The notes beneath the pieces are model-generated. The model saw only the letters and a list, made by a program, of their open reading frames with translations, made no database searches and was not told the DNA's origin. Both the position numbers and the translations under genes were made by a program. From Marsupella aquatica (taxonomy: Eukaryota > Plantae > Marchantiophyta), in NCBI GenBank assembly GCA_973895155.1, contig OZ316898.1, forward strand, positions 4,030,480 to 4,094,479: a DNA stretch of 64,000 bases. The letters run 5' to 3'. Shown one piece after another: positions 48,003 through 61,280 of this stretch (the first letter of the stretch is position 1; each line of letters begins with the position of its first letter).

Positions 48003-51000
48003 TGTAGGCAAAATGTCGTAACACATTGCAAGGACAACCCGGCCTCCTACCGTCTGCCCAACTCCTGCCTCACTAGGGCAAGTGCTACACCTCTATGTCA
48101 CTACTCTGGCTTGATTCCCTCTTCTGGCTATGAGCTAACTTCCCTAAAAACCAACACTAGACTGAGTTCCCCCCCACTACTCCGGGGCTCTCCCCCTAAA
48201 TACTCAAAACCCCACACCAAAGCATCCCTTACGGGGTCACAAGGATGGCGGCTACCCTAGCGGCGCCGCTAAAACCTTCACAAAAGAAATCCCTAATCCT
48301 AAAGCATGCGGCACACACATGCTCCTAAAACCCTAGTCTAACGATGGGGCCGACGGTGCCTTCGACGGTGCCCTAACAACGCTACGTGAACCGCAAACAT
48401 GCAAGAGACCCCACAATTGCTGAAACTAGGCGTCCCTTTGATTTCACCTCTGAGCTCACCTCTGGGTAGCCCTACTCCTCTTGATCATGAATCACCAAAC
48501 CGCTCCCAAAACGGACGTCGAACGACCAAGTTATGGTTGTTTCAATATCACTTACTTACCAACTTCGTCGGGCCCTAACTTACTCATCCTGGCTCCGTTT
48601 GAGGAGCGTCGCCTCTTGTTGAAATCAGCTCCGCGAGCTCTTTCTAACAAGCTCGTGAGTGCACCTTTCCGAAAAGTTTCACAATCCAGAGGTCGTACGA
48701 CCAAGTCCGTACGGCTCTCGGGGTTGACTATCAAAAATCTTAGGAACCACGTGCGATCCAAAATAGGTATTTTTTATATGAATTAACTAAATTTTTAAAA
48801 AGCGTAGGAGGCAAAAGGAGGTATTATAAACTCATGTTCATAGAATATTCTCTAATATATATACTTTTTATAAAGTAAAATAGGTTATTAATATTAAAAA
48901 TAGAGAATATTCTTGGGATATTTTCTTTATAAAATAGGTCTATTTATATTAGGCTAGGATCGCACATGGTACCCCAAAATATACACTTAGTTAACCCCCC
49001 AAGGTACGGCTACCTAGTCCTCCTCCTCACTCACGGTGCCATGGCTTGAGCCCCGTGAGTTGGTCTCTTCATCGCTCTCAATCGGAGTGGAGACTACTCC
49101 GCTTCTCTTCTTCTTCACATGTGTATTCCTCCCGCTAGTGCTCCCTTGCTTCCTCAACACCGCCCAGGCTTGCCAAGCCTTGACATAGCCCTCACCGATG
49201 GTATCCTTCCACAAGGCAGCCTCCTCTCCAGATTGCAACTCCAACGGTAAAACCTGCCCGGTGGCCATGGGAGTCCTTGGTATCACAGATCTGGGTGGCA
49301 TCCCCGGGGTTCCCGTATTGACCTGGGCCTCCCGTAACAACTTACGTACCTCCTTGAGCTTTTTCTCCAAGCTCTTATTCTTCTCCTGATTCTTCTTGGC
49401 AGCTTCCAGTAGGGGACCGTACTTCTCACTTCCTTCACCACCATCTCAATGGCCTTGGAGACCAGGTCAGGGGAAAGCGTGGAGCTAGGTGGGCAGGGAC
49501 TCTTTCGCTTCCCCTGACTCAAGGCCTCACTCCTTTTGGCCCTAGTCTCAAAGATCCCCACCTGACTCCGTAGTTCTGCAATCTGGCCTCTTAACCTTTC
49601 CACTTCTCCCGTGTTCCGCTTCTCTTTGGCCAATGCTTCTCTCAGCACTCCAACTTCCTCCGCTTCTTTGGCCTTAGTAGACAAGGCCCCCCTCAAGTGA
49701 GAAATCTCCACTTGAGCCGCTTGGAGAAGCTTGGCCTTCTCTTGTATGGCTTCCTCCTTAGCTTTGATCACCTCCTTCATCAACGTGGCCCCTTGCTGCA
49801 ATGTTTCCACCCTTGTGTTGGCCTGCTTGAGCGCATCTCTCAATGTGTGGGGTAGCTTGAGCCCCTGATGGGCCCCTTCACGAAAATCCCGTAATTCGGC
49901 CAAGTAGACCTCTGGAATGTCGTAAGCAAGGGGCTCCTCTGGGTTCCCCACCAGAGATTCTGGCCACTCCAATGTGTACTCCTCATCCTGGATGTCTTCC
50001 TCAACTTGACTGTCTCCTATTCTTGCTGACACTGTTGGCACCTTTGTGAGTTTCCCCAAGATGGTAGTGGCAATGCTGTGGATTTCCGTGGTAAGGGATG
50101 ACCCAGCTTCTTTGGGCCCCGGGGAGGTAATCAATCCTTCTGCCTTGACCAACAAAAATGACCCCATCAAATGCAAAGCTCCCCCTAGTTTCAGACTCTT
50201 GGGTTCAGCAGCCAATAGCTTTGTCAATCTGTAATACCACCATCCGTAAGCATGGGCTGGATATTTCCAAATATTCAGAGCAATTATGAAATGCTCCCCG
50301 TTCACTACCCCGGATTGCACATTACCGAGGACCCGTTGATGAACCTTGGCCAGAAATCCCTTGTGTGCTGCATCCTTGACGGCCGAGAGATGAATGGCCA
50401 TGGTGGAGGTAGGATTGTTCACCCAGCATGCCACCATTGTCAACGTGAGATCCCCGATGATGTTTTGGGGGGTGAATGAGAAGTGCTGGTTCTCCAAAAA
50501 CAAAAGCTTAGCCAACTCGGCATGAGGTACCAAATGCTGAATACATGCAAAATAAATCCCCTCCGTGCGCAATTCCATTCCAGCCTCCAAGTCCCAACTC
50601 TTCCCTGGAGGGATTCTAATCTCTACTCTCATGAAGTTGGTGAGCCCGGTGGCCTGGAACATGGCTTTGCAATCCTCCACAATCTTGGCAGAGTTCTTGG
50701 GATAAATTTGACGGATAACCTTCCTCATAATCGGTGCTGGACTTGCTGCCAATCCAGTGCTCATTGCCGCCCTTCTTTCTTCTCTCTCTTCCTCAATTAG
50801 TGTCGCAATGTACTCACGGTAAGCGGCCTTGTATCTACGAATGTGAGCCGCGCTGAACTCAGGCTGATCAAGCATCCATGCTCCAGAAAAATACGAAATC
50901 ACAAAATCCCGTCACCAAATTTAAATCCTGGCCCGAACGGCCCCCGTATCACGATTAAGAACCACCCTCAATTTCCCCAAAAGTCACTCGATGTCGCCGC

Positions 51001-52169
51001 CGCTAATGCCCGAAAAACGTGAACCCCCAAGCTCTCACAATCCCCCATGAGAGAGCTTCAAAAAGAATTGCAAGAGAGAGAGAGCTTTCAGCCAGGAGTC
51101 GAGAAAACACCAAGTTTGCTTTCGGCAATGAAATGAGCTGCGCGCAACGGAGAAAGAAGAGAAGAAAAAAAACAATGAAAAAACCAGGGGAAGGAAACCC
51201 CTTCTTTTCTAACTTTAAGTTGGCGCTTCTAAGCTTGCGGCTGCCCTCCGGGCGCCTTCCCAAGGCCTGACACCTGCCCTCTGGCTCGCGGGAGCCTTAA
51301 TTCCCGCTCGTCCGCATAGCCTCCCTCATCCGTGTGGCCCGATACTCCCTCCAAGGTCGGGGGAATTAATTCCCCCACTACCCCCCGCTAGTCACGATGT
51401 AGGGCTCCTTGTGGCCCGGCAGCATCCCACGGCCGCGCCCTCCTCCTTACTCCCGGCTCGCTGCCCTATGTAGGGCGCGCTGCCTCTTTACTCCCGGCTC
51501 GCGGCTGTCCTCCGGTGGCTGCTCCTTGCGGGAGGGTGTAATATGCCCCCCCTCTGCTCGCTACTGTTGGGCGCCCCAGCTGCCCTGCGCCTCCCTTGCG
51601 CTCCCCAATAGTCTCCCCGGCAGTCCCCTCGGCACGGTGCTTGCGCCTTGCCAGGCCCAACACGCCCTCTTTTGGGGAATTTAAATCCCCCCTCTGCCTC
51701 GGCTCGCATCCTGGCTGTGCTGTGCCTTGCCTCGCCTCGCCCTGCGCCTGCCTCTCGGCAGGTTCCTCTTCTCGGCTGTAGCGCCTCGGCTCCCTCATCC
51801 TGGCGCTCGCCACCCGGAGTACTCGCGGGGCCCTATTTAGGGGATTTAACCCCCCCTCTCGACTGCCTCCTCACGGGGGTTTTAATTCCCCCTTATTTTT
51901 TCCTCCCTACCCATGCCCAGTCGCGCCCCGTGCCTGCTTGCCCCGGCACTCGCCCTTCTCCTCCTTATTACTCGTGGAGCTCCCTCCTTAGCCCCCAAGA
52001 TTCCACGTGTCAAGCCCTAGGGGTGCCCCTTATGGCCCCATTGTTTACAAGGGTTTTCCCCCTTTATTTTGTTTAAACCCCCCTTAGACCATAAAACTTA
52101 AAGTTTGTCTTCTTAGACCTTGCGATTGGGGTCTAAAAAAATAGCCCAAGTTAAACGGTAAATCCTACA
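48003..52169. mobile_element. Putative long LTR or retrotransposon segment (tgtagg...cctaca) containing an orphan ORF
   Basis: TG...CA 6-bp inverted termini, GC-rich repetitive segment at 51250-52000, LTR-like composition. No TSD found. Confidence 0.4.
49014..50902 (-). CDS. TE-associated protein of unknown function with a coiled-coil C-terminal half (ORF 49283-50902, probably continuing into 49014-49370 through a frameshift)
   Basis: 539-aa intronless ORF with a heptad-rich segment (LKQANTRVETLQ...LRGQIAELRSQV). No gag/pol motifs. Confidence 0.5.
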
Positions 52170-52339
52170 GGTGCTTGCTTAGGTCGCCATAAACCTCAGA
52201 ACTATGGTGAGAGAGAAAAAGAGTAAGTTAAGCCCACCGGGCATTACCAACTTATAATGACGGAAGTAACTAAAAAAATTGGTATTCACAATGGTTATTT
52301 ACATGGCACAACCCCAGTAAACAAATATTGAGGGTTTTC

Positions 52340-55213
52340 AGTGACGGGAGCCCCGTCATAGTAATTGATGGTTTGAAGATCCTGGGAGTTTTGTCGCATG
52401 AAACTTGTTGGTGGTGGGCTCATCAGATAGATCATTGAGAGGGCTTTCTAACAGTGGTTAGAAATCATTGATCGGATTTTTGGGTGAGGAGTAATCACAG
52501 AGAACATTTTTCTGTGGAGTTTCATGTTTGATGGTTATTTGGGGGAGAGACCAGTGGTTTGTTTTTGCAACGGTGTGAGCTGTGTGGTGCGGAAGGCGTC
52601 GCATGTTATAGCTCAAGTTGAAGATTGAAGCAAGCTGGTCATTTTGGTACCTGGTTTGCTGGCGTTTGCGGTGCGAGTGTGATGTGACGAGTAGGAGTTG
52701 AGTTCTGGTTTTTTGACAAGCTATGGTGCTTGTTTCTCCCTAAACCGGGTTACTCATTGTGACGTTCGACTCAAAAGAAGAAATGCAAAGTGTTTGGGCT
52801 CAACGAAGAGATCGCGGCGAAGTGATTGTTTTGAGTCCAGGATTGGCACTTGACGCGAAAAGAGTGTGACGCGACAAAAGTTTTTTCTCTGTTGGACTTG
52901 CAGACTATGCCGGTGCAATTCGACAATATTTCCCATCAACGGTCGTCACTTTTCTCGTATGAAACGGCATCGGTTTTTTTTGGACTCCTAGCTACGTGGG
53001 CTACGCGGCGGTGTTGAGTTTTGAGTTTTATGAAAAGTTTTGAAAAAAGACATTTTTTTGTGATTTTCTCATATGAGTGACTCGGAGGATACTGGAAGAA
53101 TCAACGTCGGTGGAGCTTCAGGTTTGCGACGGTCAGACGAAGTCTAAGGAGGAGCTGGTACCGTTTGAGGAGGAACTAGTATCACCGGTACGATCACCGG
53201 TGCGGCGTGAAGTGGCGAAAGTTGTTCTACTACTAGAGTTGTCGGTAGTTGGGAAGAAGAGAGAGATGGCGAGATTCAGAGGAGTGAAGTTTGAGGTGGA
53301 GAAGTACGATGACCGTACTGATTGTACTTGCTATGGGAGAAGCAAGTGAAGGGTGTTCTTTGTGCCATGGGCTTAGATCATCTGCTCTCTACGCGAGAGC
53401 AGTATGATGGAGAGGAGAAGATTTCTGTGAAGCAGGGAGACGAGAGTAGGTGATTGCTGTCAATGCGGTGATGCTTAATTACCTCAAGCCGCATATCATC
53501 AAGAAGCTGGATGATTATGCGGATTGCGCATCACTCTTCAAGGCCCTCAGAGAGAAATACTACGAGAAGATGCATTAGACCGGCTGTACAAGAAGTCTCT
53601 CTTGATGAGCCTCAGGCTCAAGGAAGGGAGCAAGTTGCAGGATCACCTGGATGAGTTTGATAGCTTGGCTGTGGATCTGTCAAACTTGGGTAAGGGAGTT
53701 GAAGATGAGGATAAGGCCTTGCTTCTGCTAAGCTCCTTACCGCCATCTTATTAGGGCTTGAAACAAGTGCTCTTGTACAGAGATCTGAGGTCCATTTTGT
53801 ATGATGAGGTGGTAAATTCTCTACTGTCTGATGATGCACAAAAGAAACTGGGTCAAGCCCAGACAACATCTTCATCCGGTACTGCATTGATTGTGAATCG
53901 TGGGAGGTCTATGCATCGGATAATTGGAGAGAACAGGTTTAGATCTATTCAAGGGGGAGATCTAAATCTAGAGAGAAATTGCAAGAGAGGAAGCCTCAAG
54001 CATGTTGGATATGTGGCAAGCCTAGCCACCTGAAAAAGGATTGTCGGATAAAGGACTCTACCCCATCAACTAATGCGGCATCCAGTGCACATGAGGTAGA
54101 TTTACTCGATGATGATATTTTATGATGCCATTACTTTGCCTTCAACGTAGTATCACAACAAAGAGATGATGGTTGGATACTAGATAGTGCTTGTACCTTT
54201 TATTTTTGCTATAGGAGAGAGTTTTTCAGTTCTAGCTTACACGGTTTCCAACGGTTCAATGTTGATGGGAAATGGAATCCCATGCCAAGTAGTTGCACTC
54301 AGATCTGTGAGATTACAGATATTTGATGGTGTTGTAAGAACAGTGCGGAATGTGAGACATATTCCTGGCATGATGAAAAATCTCATTTCACTTGGAATGT
54401 TAGAAGCAAATGGCCGTCAGTGGAGTTCTACTAATGGTGTCCTTCAGGTTTCAACCGGTTCTAAGGTTGTTGAAGAGAAAGAGGCACAAAAATCTGTATA
54501 TTTTTGGAGGGTAGAGTAGTATGTGATGAAGCCAATGTAACCTTATCTCATGAGGAGATGACCCGACTGTGGCACTTTCGGCTAGGTCACATGAGTGAAA
54601 AAGGTTTGGCTGTACTTATGAAAAGAGGTTTAATTTCTAATTTGCACTCAGATAGTAAGTTAGATTTTTGTGAGCATTGTGTGCTTGGGAAGCAGCACTA
54701 GAAACCCTTTGGAGTTGGAACTCACACTAGCAAGGAGGTACTTGAGTATGTACATAGTGATGTGTGGGGACCAGCCCTTACTCCCTCACACTCTGGACGG
54801 TTATACTATGTCACGTTCATAGACGATTACTAAAGTATGTGTGGATCATCTACTTTCTCCACAACAAGTCTAATATTTTTGCCACTTTTAAAGAATGGAA
54901 AGCCCAAGTTCAGAATCAGACTGGTAACAAGGTGACATATCTTTGATCGGATAATGGCGGTGAATACAGTTCCGGGGAATTTGGAACGTATTGTAAGGAG
55001 CAAGGGATTACACGCCATCTCACAACAAGTTATACTCCTCAGCAAAATGGTGTTTCCGAGAGGCTCAACCAAACACTATTGAAACACTCGAGGAGTATGT
55101 TGAGTCAATCATGCTTACCACATGAGTTTTGGGCTGAAGCTGTCAACACTATAGCTTATTTGGTAAATTTCTCTCCATCAAGTTCTATTGGATTCAAGAT
55201 GCCATTTGAAATG
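52340..55213 (+). mobile_element. Degenerate Ty1/copia retrotransposon (gag, protease, integrase), cut by a DNA transposon
   Basis: MARFRGVKFEVEKYD, DEDKALLLLSSLPPSY, CWICGKPSHLKKDC, WILDSAC, LWHFRLGHMSEKGL...CEHC, HSDVWGP, SDNGGEY, TPQQNGVSER, FWAEAVNT; many stops and frameshifts. Possible LTR end ...ttctaaca at 52453 followed by a degenerate PBS. Confidence 0.92.
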
Positions 55214-55949
55214 CCCGGGGGCCTCAATATACAGAGACCCCCATATCACGCTCGACGTTTTGGACCCTTGCACCCGTAACTTATTAAGTAAAAAATAAAA
55301 TTCCCCTTCCCTATCATACTTATAAGAATTCCAAATCCTAACATTTTGACCCCTAAAAATTGTTAAGTAAAGTTTTGTTGTGAATTAAACACCCCTTAGT
55401 AAGAAAAGAAAAGTTCATTCAAATGCGCACCTTATTTGGGTCTTTGTCAAGTTTATTTGAACCCTAATGTGCTCCTTAGGCATCCATATCTCATGGAAAA
55501 CTGATAGTATATAGTGTTGATGCTTCCACTAAGAATACCAATTCTAGTAGAAGCTTCAACAATATATAGTATGAGTTATTCATATTGCAATCTGTTGCGC
55601 TTGTCTGATGTGAAAGGTAGGTACACCAAAAAGGAATCGAGTCAAGAATCTGAATGGTGAGTGTATGTGGCAAAGGGGAATTGAACCCTTGATTGAGCAA
55701 GAAGCTCAAGTATCCAAATCTGCCACCCCCTAGCCTATTCCCCTAACCTATCCCCTATACATACTAAAACCACTACCATGACTATTGATGCATGAAAATC
55801 ATTCAACTCTAGACATGGTCTCCAAATAAGTATTCAAAGCTTGTTTATCAACTCGATCTAACACATACACTAAACCAATCCCTTGTTTCATGGTTAGAGT
55901 AACATTAGTCATCACCATTTCTATATCAATCCATTGTAAATCAGTTGTA

Positions 55950-58900
55950 TCATAAGAATTCAACTTTGCTTGAGCTTGTTGGCTTATACCAATTGAACAA
56001 GAACTGACAAATACTCCCTACGTGTCCATGAGGAGGTGTTGGTCTGTCAAGCAAATCAATAGCAGGTCTCACTCTAGTCCATTTTCCCTTAACTTTTTGT
56101 CTCATCATCATAATCCGACCAAACCAAAATTCTTTCTTTGCTTGCACTACTGGCTCTTGAATCCTAGATTTACCTCTTCCCTTACCTTTCCCCTTTTTTG
56201 ATCTTGTAGAAGGGCCTGCATCATTAGCACTTTCAAATGCTACTCCACAATCACTCCCAACATCAACAAAATAAGTCATAGTATTTGGATCACATTGTTT
56301 CCTCTTACCAAGATTATAGTATGCCACTTGCTTCACCCTTGTCAGCCTATCTTTAGACAAATGAAGGTTGCCCACTAGTTGACTCACCAAAGTTGATTTG
56401 TAAATTGTTCTGCCCTCATATGTAACTGTAGGCAAAACCTTCTTCTTTTCTTGTAGAGGGCTCTGAAAAGACTGTGTAAACTCAGCTACAACAGAAGACA
56501 ACACATGACGAACCTCATGCCCCAAAGTATCTACCTCCACAAAATGAGGTTCTGGTATGTCTAACTCAACCCCATCCTGCAAAACATCATCAGGAATGGT
56601 TAGCTCATCTGTCAACCATGCATAAATTCAATTTAGATCTTCCTTAGGGTCTTCAAATTCATGAAAATCTCCTTCTGGACGAGGTCCAATTGGAGATCTA
56701 TGCTCTACATGCTCTTCAGAATCGTCAACAATAACTGCCTCTGCTATTATAGCTGAATCTGGCCATGTCTGAACTTCCACATCCCAAGGGGTGAGTCCAC
56801 CATCGCTTTCTTGTGGCTGGCAGATCACTTTTGGGAGACATTTGTAACCTTCTAAGAAACTCTCTTGCTTCTTCAAAACCTTCTTTCAAGGCTGCAACCA
56901 CCAACTCATTAGTTTGCACTTTAGAGTAATCAAAAAGATTAGGTGCATCTTCACCTTCAAGTAAAGGATGAAGCTTGGCCCATACATGATCTTGTTTTTT
57001 ATGTGATTGAGCTACTTTCAAGCCCTCTGGTCCACATTCTAATCCAGCAAGACGATTTAACCCAACAGCACTGTCCAGCAAGGAGCCAAAATCATAATTC
57101 CTCTCATGGCCACTCATTCCACCTACTTTGCTGAAAAATATCTCACAACAATCAGAACCTAACTCATGAAATGGAATACACAAGTGAGAAAACTTATCAC
57201 GAAATGCACATATAAGCAATACAATAAACTGACATGACATGTTAACATCATGAAAAGCTTGGATTGATATCATATTTCTCTTTGTATATGAAGCAACATT
57301 TCCACCTACAACATGATCACCATACCTCAACCACAACCTCCACAATCGAAAGAACCAAGAAACTTTACCTACTAGCTTCACTCTAGTCCTCAGGTCATGT
57401 CTCTGGGAGTAGAAAATGTCAATATAGTCTGCACAGATCTGCAGATACAACTCTGTCCCCAAACTTCGTTCATGCAACACATCAATTCTTCCATGCAAAT
57501 CTGCTAAACAGTCACGCACCTTTTTTAATGCTATCCTTTGGGGACCAGCCCAGTTTTGACGGTCGGATCTGTTCACATCATCCCAATTCAATCCATGTTG
57601 ATGGATTGGATAGTTATTGTACACATTACAAACATGAAATAGGGAAGCATGTTGGTCTCCAAGTGCCATTATTGAGGACACTCGATCTAGTGGGTTAATC
57701 AACTTTTTCCCATTGTGAGGCTGGTCTTGATCACCAAAACCATACAGGTCCCCATTAGGCAATATGGCAACTGAGTAAGGCCATCCTTCCCACCCTACAG
57801 AAAATCTAGGGTAAGAGCCATTTGCACCTCTGTAGTCTTCTAACATCAATTTCCTGCGTCTTGCATCACCATCACTAGCACGCCCAAGCAAAGGACCTAC
57901 AGAGTCTCTGCAATGCACATCCCAGGATTCCTTCAATTGCACCCAATGCTCTCTAACCCATTCTGCCTTGAATTTGTTACAGGTTGATATAGCACAGAGG
58001 GCCAACTTTGGCATTCCAACATGCAATGGATTCACAATGACAACTCTAGCATACATGCCCTTGTTAAAATCCTCAAATGTATTTACAATCTTGTTATAGC
58101 CATCCTCACCATCACCTACAAGAATTTCTAATCCAAATTCACAGGTGTGCTCATCCTTATGGCCACAAAAACCAATCAGAGTGTCATATTTGGCCTCCCA
58201 CCTGCAAACAGCCCAATGACAATGAAGTCAGTTCCAAAGAGTTGGTAGTCTAAGTAGTTACATGCCTCACAAATAGTCTTCAACTCCAATTGCATCATTA
58301 TGTGCTATAATATACAAACATACCTTGGGCTTTCTTTGATTCTGGTTTCATCCTCTGCAAGCATGACAGGTACATCCGCCTGAATTCCCAACATCTCCTT
58401 TGTAGTAGACAGAATCCAAGCCACTTCCTTAAATGTTTCTGGCCTGATTCCAGCACGAAATTGAACAAACTTTGCTCTATCTCGTTTTAGTGTCTTCAAG
58501 CTTGGCCCAGCTAAGTTCCTTGCAAACACATGGGCCACTTGTCGGCCCCCATATTGAAACATAGCCTGAGCTATGGCTTTTGTTTTCTGACTGTAGCGAA
58601 ACCCCCTTGCACTTCTCTCCAAATTTCTACCTACATCCTTCAAGAAATCCCAAAGATCTTCTTTTCCACCAAATGCACCATTCCTATGGCCATTGACAAT
58701 ACTCCTTAGAAAAAGTCTCAAATCTTTTCTGTCTGCAGCTACTCCTAACAATTCCTGCAATTTTCTCTTCCTAGTACTAAGGGCACACACTTTCTGAGTC
58801 TATAGTGCCAACAACCATCTCTCTTTTCTTCTCTTGACATTCAGACCATGCATCTGTGTGGTCAACTCTGGACGTGTCAAATAACGTGCATTCAAACCAC

Positions 58901-60384
58901 CCTCTGTGCTTCCGTCCCCTCTCTTTGCTAAAGCCTCCGCTTCCCTGTGCACCCACCCACGAAAGTCATCTTCTAGTGTTATAACATGACATCTACTGCA
59001 AGTTAGGTTCAAAAACCCCCCACCATACAAGGACAGCCTAGAGCAATCTCTATGCCTAAATAGTCATTTTATATGTACAATAGAACTTGTGTTAGGATTG
59101 TAGACATCAACAGAGACTGCAACATCTAAATCCCATACATCATGTCCACCACGCTGATCATGCAAGATACCCTTCACAACATACTTCACATTCTTCCACT
59201 CTACATATTCATCCCATATTCCCCAACAGAGCAAACTTAAACCCACATCAATGTCTATAGACCCAGCTGTACCAGAGCTGCTGCTTGCATTGGAAGCATC
59301 CTCCTTGAAGAATTTTAAAATTGAATTTTGTGAAGGATGTTAATCCCTCTCATCTGGCTTCCTTGGTCTGCCCCTCTTTCCAGATCTCAATGCAAGTTCA
59401 GCAGTATTCTCTCTGGCTTCAACTACATCCAGGTGACCCCGACTGACCAAATGTGTCCTCAGGTTGTGGTCCAAAGTTCCTTTCTTACAAACCAAATCCA
59501 TGATTGCCCCACAGACTTTACAAATGAACCTTATAAAGGAACCACTTGTTTGCATTATTGGCTACACCTGGCACAGGAGGCACATGAAATAGCTCATCAT
59601 CACCTCCACACTCAACATTCAGAGTCTGGACTATCTCTAGGCCAGTTGTTATGGCCCCCTCATAATCAAACTCAGGCTTCTGTGCAAGATCTGCAGGCTT
59701 GACCCCAATCATAGCAATGCCCCTTCTCTTGCAGTAATTGTCTTTGTGTTTAGCAAAGACAAGGTGCTTGGTCTTAAAATTGCTAAACAAATTAGCAATT
59801 GACTTCTTATCTTGGGAATTGTCTGCCCTCCCATAGACCACTCTGCACTCAAGACACTCCAAATGGCCTCTCACATCCTGTCCTTCATCCCAAGTTCAAA
59901 TTCTCCAATTATGAGCTTTATAACCATTCTTGTGAATCCACTTCTCTAGTCTTATATATTCATCATTCCAGACTTTGACAGCCGCCTGAGACATGAGAAG
60001 AGACTCAAAAGAAGCTCTCATAGGGGCAGCTTCTTGTAGATGTTCACCCTGGGAAGAGTCCACTCCAACCGATTGGGTGACAGGAGTAGAAATTGATGGA
60101 AACTCTGTCCTGGCAGTATGCAAGGATCCAATTTGTTCAATGACAACAACTTTCCCATCCAATTCAGACAACTCAGTCATTTTCTCACTCTTGACCTTCA
60201 TGCGACCAGGAAGCCTATAATCCTAGAAATCAAAATCAAAATCAACCAAATCAGGAATCCGACTTCGAAAATCAGCTAAAGTTTGTCCTTCTTTGAAGGC
60301 CAACACAGCTATAGGTTCTTCATCTTTCCCATCAGTCACCACATCCCTTTTCTTGCGCAACAGTTTTACAAACTGGGTAGCCAT
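55950..60384 (-). pseudogene. P-superfamily-like DDE transposase with N-terminal C2H2-type zinc fingers, about 1400 aa, with several stops and frameshifts; intron at about 58202-58322
   Basis: MLAEDETRIK (first D), RASDGDARRRK (second D), DQDQPHNGKK (DxxH), DRQN, LGSDCCEIFFSKVGG (E); fingers CLEC...H...H and CKVC...H...H. Confidence 0.72.
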
Positions 60385-60589
60385 TTCAATCAATTTGTTA
60401 AAGTTAAAGTATGAAGGGGTTCTGAAAACAATCATAGTCACACAATGAACCTGCCATACAACACAATAAACAAAACAATATAAAGCATATTAGACATTAC
60501 TCCGAAATACTTGTTGAACACAGTTCACATATAATTAGTCCAATGAATAAGTTTGCTCTACCAAAGCATTTCTACCAAACTCAGAAACT

Positions 60590-61280
60590 CTAAGAGGTAT
60601 GTGGCTGTGCAGGAACCAATTCCCCCTCAGGTATTGCATGCCTATGACAATAAATGAAACGCCACCATTCCACATCCCAGTGGTCCCTGCCCTTCACACA
60701 CCTCCTGAGGTGTTTCACCCCCCCAGGTGTCTCATCATGACACCAACTGCAAGGGCACCTCCGACACTGTACAAAGTCTTTAATGCCATCCTTGTACACT
60801 TTATAGTACTCACAAAAATGCCTTGGGCACATTAGGTTGTTTGGACTTGCTGGATGAGACCTATGAGGCAGTGCCCCAACCTGAAGTAGCACCCTAAGGC
60901 AGCCAGGATGGTAATGAGAAAAGCAATGAGGGTGGGCACAATGGAGCACAAGGGATTCCTGTGTTGTGGGATGTTCAAATCTGCCAATGAGTCCACAAGC
61001 AAAGCATCTAGCTTTGTTGGCAGCACACAATTCACAAACCCATGGTGCCCTCCAATCATTGGTTTTAGGCAATGTGACAGGAGTGCAAGCAGGCCCTTGC
61101 ATACCTTTTCCACCAACAAAGTGAAAATGTCTACTACAAGGCCCATCACAAAAGACGACATCATCTGTCTCATCACAAAAGAAACAACAAGGGGGATCCA
61201 TGCGGTGGTGCTCCGTAAGGGAAAATATGTCAATCCTTGGCACATCAGAAGCCATCTCACCTTGCTGGATAGTGATTTAC
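60590..61280 (-). CDS. EDM2/NSD-like triple PHD-finger protein exon inside the P-like element (further upstream exons likely)
   Basis: CFFC...FCDGPCSRHFH...C...WVCELC....RCFACG...CAHPHCFSHYHPGCL...CPRHFC...QCRRCP...IYCHRH: the EDM2-type PHD arrangement. Confidence 0.75.

Noticed and set aside
51250-52076. GC-rich overlapping ORFs
   Set aside because: They arise from low-complexity GC-rich repeats in the LTR-like region, with no coding signature.
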